From a virus (lineage: Duplodnaviria > Caudoviricetes): DNA of 53,881 nucleotides. Shown here in pieces: positions 37,934 through 45,955 of the stretch. Under the pieces are notes generated by a model. The model was not told the origin of the DNA. It made no database searches and worked only from the letters and a program-made list of their open reading frames with translations. The position numbers were made by a program, and so were the translations under genes. Within the stretch, counting starts at the first letter, position 1. Every line of letters begins with the position of its first letter. Location: the IMG/VR virus record IMGVR_UViG_3300000502_000002, positions 1 through 53,881 of that record. One strand, written 5' to 3'.

Positions 37934-38344
37934 GCATCTACAAAGAAATCAGTCGGGCCACTGTGACAAGGCCAACCGAGACCGCCTCAACTCAGGTCGC
38001 TAACGCCAAATCATCTTATTGGAATTTCTCACACGAAGTTTTGACGATTCCGTCGAACGGAGAGCGGTTCCCATGGTCGTCTCTTTCACCTTCTTCAGAC
38101 CCCCCTCTTGAGACCCACCAGCAATAACCTGTCCTTCAACCATATCAGTCAAATACTCTTAAAAAAGTCTGGTACTCATACCAATTCATTTGGTTCTTAT
38201 AAGGTATAAGAGTTTAACTTGGGTTTATCTCTTATAAGAGAATAACTATTATCTCTTTCACCTTATAAGTGGCTGAAAATAATCATAAATATCCAGTTTC
38301 AAGAGATAAAATCAAATCAATCGTAAAATAATATCACTTTTTGT

Positions 38345-38391
38345 TTGACAATGTTTAACAATTGAAATATCTTTTTTTCACAATTCAATTG
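38345..38391 (+). promoter_or_regulatory. Sigma70 promoter of the rightward accessory operon with overlapping palindromic operator
   Basis: TTGACA (38345-38350), 17-bp spacer, TATCTT (38368-38373), then CAATTCAATTG at 38381-38391. Confidence 0.75.
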
Positions 38392-38667
38392 TTTTTTTAA
38401 AAGTCTAAAAGTCAAATCTTTGATAACCGAATAATCTCAAACCCCCGCTTAATCCGGCCCGTAACCGCAGTTAGTCGCTCGGAACGATGTTGGTCAAAGG
38501 CGGCACAGAGATACCAACTGTAAAGGAATCCTTACCAGTTCAAATTATAGAGTTAACTTAATGCGTTAACTCGCTGAAGGGCCAGCCTGATAGGAACATT
38601 ATCGGGTTGGTTGCTTGAGCGTTTTAGCCGATACAATCAAGCTATGAAGAGGGGAAGGAGTGAGGTA

Positions 38668-39912
38668 ATGACACAAGCCCAACTTATCGATATGAAAATG
38701 GACAATCTGCGGCCTATGTACCGGGAAAAGACCGGGCACCGGGGCGTTCCAGTCCTCAAGTTAACCAAAGAGCAGCTTATCGCCGGAATCATGTCTGGGA
38801 TAAAGCAGGAAGTCGGAGAGTCCGCCGTTTCTCACGCCAAAGAATCCAATTCAATTGGAATGTCGGAACAACTGAGTAAACCCGCCGACAAGGAAGCCAT
38901 GCCCACTCAGCAAGAAAATGTTCAGGCGCAGGTTCAAGACCAGGTTGCAGAAGCAATTGCTAAGGCGCTGGCCCCTATCATGTCTGCCTTTGGTGGACAA
39001 AAGGAAGTCGACGAGGAAGCAGTTAACGCACTGATAGACAAGAGGACCGAAACGCTAATGCAGGCGGTTGAATCAACCTTCGGTGATCTGTCCAAGGCTT
39101 TAATGGAGCGGTTCGACAAGAGAATTGCCGCCCTAACACTCCCCCGAAAAGTTGAGATAACAACAGCCAGCACTGGCAAAGTTAAGAACGTTGGCATTCA
39201 GCATGAAATGTTTGAAACCTTGGTATTGACCTGCAACGCCAGAGACAACGACGGAAAACACCTCAATATCTGGCTCAAGGGTCCAGCTGGCACAGGCAAG
39301 ACAACGGCAGCCCGGAAGATAGCAGAAGCGTATGACCGGCCTTTTCACTTCAACGGTCCAGTTGACAGTGAATACAAGCTATTTGGCTACATATCGCCAA
39401 AGACGGGCGAGCTGGTCAGAACTCCATTCAGGGAAGCGTGGGAACATGGCGGAATCTACCTATTTGACGAGTGTGACGGTAGTAACCCAAAAGCGCTACT
39501 CGCGTTCAACGCTGCGTTAGCCAATGGGGTTGCACCGTTCCCTGATGGATCCATCCAGAAACACGACAACTGCGTCATTATCGCCGGGGCAAACAGTTCT
39601 GGCCTTGGCGGTTCATCGACTTACAACGCAAGGCAAAAGATGGACGGAGCATTTATGGACCGGTTTGTTGAGATCGAATGGGAAGTTGACGAAAAGCTCG
39701 AAAGCGCCCTTTGCGAAAACAAAGAGTGGTTCAGTCGCGTTAAGGCCGTCCGGGCAAAAGTTAAAGAGCGCGGCGTCAAAAATATCACGATAAGCCCACG
39801 CGCAACATTCTACGGAGAGGCATTGCTAAGAGCTGGCCTAAAACAAAAACAGGTCGAGAAAATGACTCTCAAAAAGGGCATGACAGATGAGCAATGGAAG
39901 GAGGTTGCGTAA
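38668..39912 (+). CDS. MoxR/CbbQ/NirQ-like AAA+ ATPase with N-terminal extension
   Basis: GPAGTGKT Walker A, YLFDE Walker B, AGAN sensor, D.AF.DRF arginine finger, ISPRA; start chosen by SD GAAGGAG/GAGG. Confidence 0.88.
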   Translation: MTQAQLIDMKMDNLRPMYREKTGHRGVPVLKLTKEQLIAGIMSGIKQEVGESAVSHAKESNSIGMSEQLSKPADKEAMPTQQENVQAQVQDQVAEAIAKALAPIMSAFGGQKEVDEEAVNALIDKRTETLMQAVESTFGDLSKALMERFDKRIAALTLPRKVEITTASTGKVKNVGIQHEMFETLVLTCNARDNDGKHLNIWLKGPAGTGKTTAARKIAEAYDRPFHFNGPVDSEYKLFGYISPKTGELVRTPFREAWEHGGIYLFDECDGSNPKALLAFNAALANGVAPFPDGSIQKHDNCVIIAGANSSGLGGSSTYNARQKMDGAFMDRFVEIEWEVDEKLESALCENKEWFSRVKAVRAKVKERGVKNITISPRATFYGEALLRAGLKQKQVEKMTLKKGMTDEQWKEVA

Positions 39913-40703
39913 TGCCAGTGCGGTATTGGGAAAGCATGACTCAATTTCTCAACGATCTCCCCCCGGTTGATAAGCGCAAAGAGTCAACGAAGGCCTCAGT
40001 CTGGACCGGGAACGAAAGCTACCAACATTCCAAGGATTGCGTTTTTAAGGGATGGCCGGAGGCTGTCCCTAATGCAGAAAAGCTCATGGAGAGAATAGAA
40101 ACAGCGGTCACAGATACCGAATCAGACATATGGGAAATTGACGCCGCAGGCCCCCTGCCAAACATGCCATCGTGGATTGTCGACGATGGCGACCCGGAAT
40201 GTATGCTCCTGCCTAACACAGATTACAGTAGCACAGAGCCAGTAAGGGTCTTCGCCTCATGTGTCGTTTCTAGCGGGATATCCGCAGCAGACCTAGAACG
40301 CAGGGGCGCAGGAATTCTCGCTTTGGTACTCAAGTTATCCAAGATAAGGACGGTTGACCTCTACGTTATGATGGACGGCGGCAGTCCCGATAACGACCGC
40401 TGCGCAATCCCCATCGTCAAGATAGAGAGCAGGCCTATAGACATGGCAAGCGCGAGTTATGCCCTTTCTTCTGCTGGTTTTTCGCGGCACCTTTTATTTG
40501 AGGCCGGATATTCGTTTCTCGGCTTTAACGGTAGTTGGGCGTGGAATGAAAATCCGCGAAGCGAAAGCTACCAGACCAAACTGGCTGCAACAATCGGAGC
40601 CACCGAAGAGGACATTGTCATCCCAGGCGGACACTTATCGGACCCCCTGATTAAAGATCCGGTCAAATGGGTAAATATGCAACTGGAGCGCTACAAATCG
40701 TAG
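39912..40703 (+). CDS. AAA+ partner, VWA-like protein (DUF7192-like)
   Basis: Translationally coupled (TAATG) to the ATPase; G.PECM and S.GIS...L..RG..I.AL patterns. Confidence 0.65.
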   Translation: MPVRYWESMTQFLNDLPPVDKRKESTKASVWTGNESYQHSKDCVFKGWPEAVPNAEKLMERIETAVTDTESDIWEIDAAGPLPNMPSWIVDDGDPECMLLPNTDYSSTEPVRVFASCVVSSGISAADLERRGAGILALVLKLSKIRTVDLYVMMDGGSPDNDRCAIPIVKIESRPIDMASASYALSSAGFSRHLLFEAGYSFLGFNGSWAWNENPRSESYQTKLAATIGATEEDIVIPGGHLSDPLIKDPVKWVNMQLERYKS

Positions 40704-40847
40704 ACAACGATCATTAACCACCATAAAAACCAATTCAATTGGACAATTACCGCAATCAAACTATCTACAACATTGACCGCAGCAATCATGACGAACGGTC
40801 TGGCTCTGTATGAATTTGCTGCGCTACCAACCAAAGGAGATCATCGA

Positions 40848-41420
40848 ATGAGACTTAGCAAACAAATCAAAGAGGAAATTCTCGGAACTGCCGTTAACAG
40901 CATCATGAAGGACCGAATCGATAAAAGAGACAAAGCCTGGACAAATTTTGCCGACGAAATCTACCGCCACGCTGTTGGCCCGAACAAGCTGCCTATGGCT
41001 GCACTTCCTGACGGGTTCCTGCCAAAAGCGAAAACGGTTGCGTTCTACGTCGAAACTGGAGACGGCTTGAGCAGCAAAAGGGCCGAATTGCGAATGAGCG
41101 AAGAGCGCCGCATCCCCTGTTCGCTACTTGTGGCATATGGCTATACCGGCGCTTCTCAATTCACGGTCTGCGCTGGGACAACCCTGCAAAAGAAGTACGA
41201 GCTGCTGAAAAAGGAATCCGAGCAAATCGGAAAAGACAGCCGCGCCATCTATGTGAAGATAAAAGGCGTTCTTGAAGCCTGCACTACCGACAAAGCCCTG
41301 ATCGAAGCTTGGCCAGAGGCAACCCGCTACATGCCACCAGAAATCAAGCAGCACAAAGCCCTGCCAGCTATCGCAGCGGACGGTCTGAACGAACTTATCG
41401 CGAAAGTCAAAGCCGCCTGA
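40848..41420 (+). CDS. Nmad5-like (nucleotide modification-associated domain 5) protein
   Basis: MRLSKQIKEEI start and T.K.L.EAWPEA..Y.P C-terminal signature; SD AAGGAG. Confidence 0.75.
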   Translation: MRLSKQIKEEILGTAVNSIMKDRIDKRDKAWTNFADEIYRHAVGPNKLPMAALPDGFLPKAKTVAFYVETGDGLSSKRAELRMSEERRIPCSLLVAYGYTGASQFTVCAGTTLQKKYELLKKESEQIGKDSRAIYVKIKGVLEACTTDKALIEAWPEATRYMPPEIKQHKALPAIAADGLNELIAKVKAA

Positions 41421-41479
41421 CAGCTAAACTCCATACCGGCCTATTTGGCCTAACCACTACCAAACAAGGAGCGAAAAAA

Positions 41480-42301
41480 ATGAGTCACTTTGCAGTAACA
41501 GTAATCGGCGAAAACATCGAAGAACAACTTGCGCCCTACCATGAATTTGAATGCACTGGCAACGACGATCAATACGTGCAGGATATCGACGTTACTGAGG
41601 AAACAAAGGAAAATGGCCTTGACTATTATGGGCTGGAGGAAGTGTCCGAGGGACAAGAGCCAGACCTGAGTGCCACGCATAAATATGGGTACGCAATCGT
41701 TGACAAGGAAGGCAACGTCAAAAGGGCCATCCGAAGGACCAACCCTAACAAAAAATGGGACTGGTGGACTGTCGGTGGGCGCTGGAACGGCCATCTAAAA
41801 CTCAAAGATGGCGACAGAGTTGACGTAGCCCTGAAAGAAGATATCGACTTTGACGGTATGGCAGCAGAAGCCGAACAGGAGGCCTCAACCGAATACGACA
41901 TGCTCGAAGCCGCGACAAATGGCATTGAACCACCTGTCAAGTGGGAAGAGTTCAGGGAACGTTTTAAGAGTACCGATGAAGCTCGCAAAGAATGGAACGC
42001 TCACCCATGGATCAAAGCGTTCAAAGGCGCACAAGTTGGCCATATGTTTTTTGGCTGTCCAGTAAAACACTTCAGGGTCGGAAATGGTGGACGCCAAGCT
42101 TATGTCGACCACGCAAAAAAATCAGCCCTTGCCACGTTTGCTGCCATTAAAGACGGGAAATGGTATGAGCGCGGTTCAATGGGTTGGTGGGGAATGGTTA
42201 GCGGCCAAAAAGACCCTGACAAATGGTCAGAAGAGTTCGCCCACCTTCTTATGGAGCTTCCCGAAAACACCATGATTACCGTCGTCGACTGCCACATCTA
42301 A
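41480..42301 (+). CDS. Conserved phage hypothetical protein
   Basis: MSHF.V.V, NPN.KWDWW.VGGRW, G.W.E.G.MGWWG and VDCHI motifs; SD AAGGAG. Confidence 0.8.
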   Translation: MSHFAVTVIGENIEEQLAPYHEFECTGNDDQYVQDIDVTEETKENGLDYYGLEEVSEGQEPDLSATHKYGYAIVDKEGNVKRAIRRTNPNKKWDWWTVGGRWNGHLKLKDGDRVDVALKEDIDFDGMAAEAEQEASTEYDMLEAATNGIEPPVKWEEFRERFKSTDEARKEWNAHPWIKAFKGAQVGHMFFGCPVKHFRVGNGGRQAYVDHAKKSALATFAAIKDGKWYERGSMGWWGMVSGQKDPDKWSEEFAHLLMELPENTMITVVDCHI

Positions 42302-42325
42302 TAACAGCTCGATCATCTGAACATA

Positions 42326-42359
42326 GCGCCCGAAGTTAACACATCTTCGGGCGTTTTAT
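42326..42359 (+). terminator. Intrinsic terminator-like hairpin within the accessory operon
   Basis: GCGCCCGAAG-9 nt-CTTCGGGCGT then TTTAT. Confidence 0.55.
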
Positions 42360-42397
42360 CAGGCAATCAAGCCGACTACCAAACAAGGAGAACTACA

Positions 42398-42571
42398 GTG
42401 AAAAAGCAAATTGTTAGTGCCGCAAAAAACGCCATCCTGCTTTTTGTTTGCGGAGCGCTAGTCATGGCCGGGATGAAGACCGTTGAAACGTTGTGGAGAA
42501 GGCCCGTAGACAAGTTTGTCGTCGAGCATCGATACATCATTAACCCGACCACCGGAAGAGAGGCAAAGTGA
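42398..42571 (+). CDS. Small membrane protein (57 aa, not in ORF track)
   Basis: GTG start after AAGGAG; MKKQIVSAAKNAILLFVCGALVMAGM...; GTGA overlap with the next gene. Confidence 0.6.
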   Translation: MKKQIVSAAKNAILLFVCGALVMAGMKTVETLWRRPVDKFVVEHRYIINPTTGREAK

Positions 42572-42897
42572 GCAAGCACACAAGAGGACCATGGCGAGTT
42601 GAGCGCAAAACTGCAGACCAAGGATACGAGGTATGGGGGCCAATGGGTGAAACTGGCAGCATGTTAGTCGCATCAACTGGGCATGCTCTGTTTGACCTCG
42701 AAAACGCCAAGCTAATAGCAAAGGCGCCAGACCTTCTGGAATGCACAAAGATGGCGTCAACGCTGGTCATTTCCATACTACCGCAGATCGGTAGCCTAGC
42801 CATTGATATCGGCCTGCTCAACGACTTCCTAATTGACTCCCAAAGGATTATCAAAAAGCTAGAAGGAGAAGACAATGAACAGGCAGCCAAGAATTAG
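42568..42897 (+). CDS. Conserved phage protein (HT.GPW / NA.LIA.APDLL family)
   Basis: MSKHTRGPW and NAKLIAKAPDLLE motifs. Confidence 0.8.
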   Translation: MSKHTRGPWRVERKTADQGYEVWGPMGETGSMLVASTGHALFDLENAKLIAKAPDLLECTKMASTLVISILPQIGSLAIDIGLLNDFLIDSQRIIKKLEGEDNEQAAKN

Positions 42898-43126
42898 CAT
42901 ACTGACGGCCACCGGTATCAAGGTCGGCCACACTCTTGAGAGGATGGCTGTCAAGAATGGGCTTAGCCCTGACGAGGCCGTAGACTATGCCATTGAATCC
43001 CTGCGATTCCTGTTTACAGGGCAGTGCAACGTTAAAGTCGACCCAAATGGGACACCTTTGGTTGTCAATGGTTCGCTTGCCTGGAAAACCAAACCAATTG
43101 GAAAGAAAGGACAATCTCTTTGCTGA
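42875..43126 (+). CDS. Hypothetical protein
   Basis: 83 aa, SD AGGAGA. Confidence 0.55.
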   Translation: MNRQPRISILTATGIKVGHTLERMAVKNGLSPDEAVDYAIESLRFLFTGQCNVKVDPNGTPLVVNGSLAWKTKPIGKKGQSLC

Positions 43127-43251
43127 AATACAAGGACATAATCTTGCTTTTAATTATGGCGGCGGGGATGCTTTGCGTCTCCGCAATCGAAAAGCCTGAA
43201 GACTACCAGCCCTACGTGGGAACTACTGTTGTGACTGCGAACGGCGACTAA
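43120..43251 (+). CDS. Small membrane/secreted peptide (43 aa, not in ORF track)
   Basis: TTG after AAAGGA; MLKYKDIILLLIMAAGMLCVSAIEKP... Confidence 0.4.
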   Translation: MLKYKDIILLLIMAAGMLCVSAIEKPEDYQPYVGTTVVTANGD

Positions 43252-43313
43252 ACCTTATTCCCGGTGGGCCGCGCATACCACAATAAAAATCACGCGGAGA
43301 AAGAAATAATAAC

Positions 43314-43523
43314 ATGACCCCGCGCATCATCATCACGATTGAAGACGGAGAAATAAAGCACGTTAACGCAGATACTCAAGTCCAGGTTGTCGTTTGCGAC
43401 CTTGACACTCTTGGGTGCCCAGCCAACACAGTCTCAAGCATTGGCGGTCTCCGCGCAATCATATCGGCGAAACCGGCAACCCCATGGACCAATAAAGCCG
43501 AAGATATCTACTCAGCGCTTTAA
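43314..43523 (+). CDS. Hypothetical protein
   Basis: 69 aa; IIITIEDG.I..V.AD..V.V.V.D.D pattern of small phage proteins. Confidence 0.6.
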   Translation: MTPRIIITIEDGEIKHVNADTQVQVVVCDLDTLGCPANTVSSIGGLRAIISAKPATPWTNKAEDIYSAL

Positions 43524-43545
43524 CCTAACCAACAGGAGAAAAATC

Positions 43546-44112
43546 ATGGCTCAAAAAGAAACCTCAAAACCTTCCGCACCAGGCCTCAAGATCACGAATA
43601 GCGAACTGCTTGAAATTGGAAATGAATTCAAAGCCGTAAAAAAAACACTGCGCATTATCTCCGGCATGATGAGCGACATTGAGTGCCGTGGGGACATGAT
43701 CAAACTGGTCGGCACAATTGTCTCAGTTGTCGATGGGCAGATCACAAATGAGGAAATGCTTTGCGACTACTGCAAAAAACTCAATGTTAAAAAATGCTTC
43801 CCTTACTCGACGGGTTGCGGCAACAACAGCATAGTTCTGGAGCAAGCCAAGCTCGCCGTTACAACCGAGCTTGGCCAAAAGATTGTTGACCACATTGAGC
43901 AGAAAACAAACAAAAAGCTGTTATCGGCCGGAAAGTCCATTTTGCCCAGGGCTTCCTATGAGCGTGTCGCAGGCTACTCTATTTTCGACCTGACATTCGG
44001 GATGCTAATGTCAGGGGAGTTGTCGTTGACTCTCATTGATCAACTCCAAAAGCTGGTACTCATTAGCAGCCTTACCGGTCCCCAGGACGAACTGAAGATA
44101 GTCGAACGCTAA
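43546..44112 (+). CDS. Hypothetical protein
   Basis: Start ATG 43546 after AGGAG; contains CDYC...C...C. Confidence 0.6.
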   Translation: MAQKETSKPSAPGLKITNSELLEIGNEFKAVKKTLRIISGMMSDIECRGDMIKLVGTIVSVVDGQITNEEMLCDYCKKLNVKKCFPYSTGCGNNSIVLEQAKLAVTTELGQKIVDHIEQKTNKKLLSAGKSILPRASYERVAGYSIFDLTFGMLMSGELSLTLIDQLQKLVLISSLTGPQDELKIVER

Positions 44113-44143
44113 TAAACAAAACCACAGAGAAAGGGGGCCGCAC

Positions 44144-44308
44144 ATGGCTATTAAGAAGGACAAAAAAACTGTATCGAAGGGAGTGCGGCTCCCTCAATGG
44201 CTTGCCGACGACCTAATCGAGGAGGCCGACCGAAGGGGGGATGATTTTTCGAGCTTAACAAGGAAAATTTTGACCGAATTTATGAGGCCTGGGAGCGTCA
44301 AACTGTGA
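44144..44308 (+). CDS. Ribbon-helix-helix DNA-binding protein (54 aa, not in ORF track)
   Basis: VSKGVRLPQWLADDLIEEADRRGDDFSSLTRKIL fits the RHH beta-alpha-alpha pattern; SD AAGGGGG; GTGA overlap with the next ORF. Confidence 0.7.
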   Translation: MAIKKDKKTVSKGVRLPQWLADDLIEEADRRGDDFSSLTRKILTEFMRPGSVKL

Positions 44309-44565
44309 GGAATGATCGGATTGAAAAGGACATCGACCTAAACAAGTTTCCGCACGATTTTAATTGCGCAATGATCGAGCCACGGATCATTGCGCAATTA
44401 AAGGATGCCGGAATCCCTATTGACGGGGTACTCGCATACCGTGGCGTTAAGCGTGGGAGGTTAACAGCTTACGATAGCAAAACGCGCCCAGGAATTCGCC
44501 ATTTCATATGGGTATATCGGGGCCACAGCATTAGTGACAAGGAAGGAATAAGAAACAATGGATAA
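44305..44565 (+). CDS. Hypothetical protein
   Basis: 86 aa, coupled to the upstream RHH gene. Confidence 0.55.
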   Translation: MRNDRIEKDIDLNKFPHDFNCAMIEPRIIAQLKDAGIPIDGVLAYRGVKRGRLTAYDSKTRPGIRHFIWVYRGHSISDKEGIRNNG

Positions 44566-44731
44566 TTCGATATGCTTCATATCGTTAGTATTTCTCTTGG
44601 TAAAAATAGACTATTTCGGTAGCACATTAACTCCACGATCAGATGCAGAAATGATCTGCAATGGTCTGCTTTTCGTTATTCTTGCGCTGGGCGTTTGCTC
44701 TTCAAAAATTAAAAAAGGGGAAAAGCGATGA
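44558..44731 (+). CDS. Small 2-TM membrane protein (57 aa, not in ORF track)
   Basis: MDNSICFISLVFLLVK...ICNGLLFVILALGVC; overlaps neighbouring genes. Confidence 0.45.
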   Translation: MDNSICFISLVFLLVKIDYFGSTLTPRSDAEMICNGLLFVILALGVCSSKIKKGEKR

Positions 44732-44795
44732 CAAAAGAACAAAGAGAAGTCATAGAAAGCTATCGTTACTCCAGCACAGAGGAAGAGGTTTCAGA

Positions 44796-45026
44796 ATGAG
44801 CGAAGGGATATATATAGAAATCGGAAAGGCGATCCAAAACCATATTCAGTCTTCAGGGCAGAAAGCCAAGCAAATCTATCTTGGCCGCAACCAAATAAAA
44901 GAACTCAACCATCGGGCAAATGCGCATGGCGAAACAGGGAAAAGAGCCAAAAGAAACCAGCGGACAAAGGTCGCCGGGCTTCTGGTGTTCGCCGTTGACG
45001 ACGATGACCATATCGCCTGTCTTTGA
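44796..45026 (+). CDS. Hypothetical protein
   Basis: Start MSEGIY after GAGG; IYLG and GL.VF.VD.D.HI patterns. Confidence 0.55.
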   Translation: MSEGIYIEIGKAIQNHIQSSGQKAKQIYLGRNQIKELNHRANAHGETGKRAKRNQRTKVAGLLVFAVDDDDHIACL

Positions 45027-45034
45027 CAGACAAC

Positions 45035-45063
45035 AAAAAGCCGGGGCATTACGTAGCCCCGGC
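45035..45063 (-). terminator. Intrinsic terminator between convergent operons
   Basis: GCCGGGGC-8 nt-GCCCCGGC with a T5 tract on the minus strand. Confidence 0.7.
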
Positions 45064-45069
45064 CAAATC

Positions 45070-45426
45070 CTACCAATTAATCCCACCGCAACAGGCGCCC
45101 TTACTGAGGGCGTCCTTAAACGCTTGGTAAGTCCTCCTGCTCCTAACCTCTCCATTGTCACACCGGTCAACAAACCACTGCATTAACTTCCTGAGCCTGA
45201 TATTGTCTTTTGCTAGTGCGTCGCGCTCCTGCTTGAGGAGCCGATATGGCTCTGTTTCTGTCAAGCAAGTACACGGATATTTGCCATCGACGCGGTTAAG
45301 CAGCCAGCCGCTATCTTGGCAATCGTGGCACTGGTACGCGCGCTCAACCTCCGACTCGGCTCTTAGTGCCTGAATCGTTTGTAATCTTTGATCGGCAACA
45401 TGCCTCAGCCGCATTTCACCAGTCAT
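45070..45426 (-). CDS. Hypothetical protein with Zn-binding motif
   Basis: CHDCQDSGW...PCTC followed by a coiled coil. Confidence 0.55.
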   Translation of the reverse strand: MTGEMRLRHVADQRLQTIQALRAESEVERAYQCHDCQDSGWLLNRVDGKYPCTCLTETEPYRLLKQERDALAKDNIRLRKLMQWFVDRCDNGEVRSRRTYQAFKDALSKGACCGGINW

Positions 45427-45656
45427 GACATATCCCCCCTCCCGGACCTTCCGACTCTAACTTCTGCATAAGCACCGGCGCTAAGCTTTTGCAGCTCAGC
45501 ATAAGCATCGTCAGTCATTGACAGAAAGGCAACTTCGTTGTCACCTATACCAATGACGCACTCAACCCACCGACCAGCCCGTCTGGTAACAGCAGGGGGC
45601 TCAGTCACTCTATGCCCCTTCATCAATTGTCCCAAATAAAACAAATTCACGTCCAC
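45423..45656 (-). CDS. Hypothetical protein
   Basis: 77 aa, SD AAGGAG, ATGA overlap. Confidence 0.55.
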   Translation of the reverse strand: MDVNLFYLGQLMKGHRVTEPPAVTRRAGRWVECVIGIGDNEVAFLSMTDDAYAELQKLSAGAYAEVRVGRSGRGDMS

Positions 45657-45657
45657 A

Positions 45658-45822
45658 CTAACTCTCCTTTCGTTTTAACTCGCCGCAAGCCGGTGTTGAC
45701 GGGTAAACTTTACATCCCGTTTCTCCGCAACTACCGACTTCATAGTAATCAAACCTCGACGCCACAAACCTTGGGCAGCTCCCACAAAAAAGCATTCCCC
45801 TCTTCTGGCTTTTCTCGCTCAT
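45658..45822 (-). CDS. Small Cys-rich protein (54 aa, not in ORF track)
   Basis: MSEKSQKRGMLFCGSCPRF...GSCGETGC...PAC; SD AGGAAGGA. Confidence 0.5.
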   Translation of the reverse strand: MSEKSQKRGMLFCGSCPRFVASRFDYYEVGSCGETGCKVYPSTPACGELKRKES

Positions 45823-45955
45823 AGTAAAATTCCTTCCTTTCCCTCAGATTCCTTATCAAATCGGCAGCCAGGTAACGACCCCAACAACCATGCTTTCGTT
45901 CAACACAGATAAATTTAGACCCATCCTAGCAATTGTTTTGCATATACGGTCCCAT

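Noticed and set aside
37665-38127. ORFs 37665-37889 and 37858-38127 in the switch region
   Set aside because: TTG starts without SD. The peptide features (GGG, KWYQKWYR) simply reflect the G-run and TGGTATC DNA repeats.
38611-44795. Longest-ORF starts at 38611, 39894, 40773, 41309, 43387 and 44661
   Set aside because: Downstream ATGs (38668, 39912, 40848, 41480, 43546, 44796) have SD sequences or coupling and avoid long overlaps.
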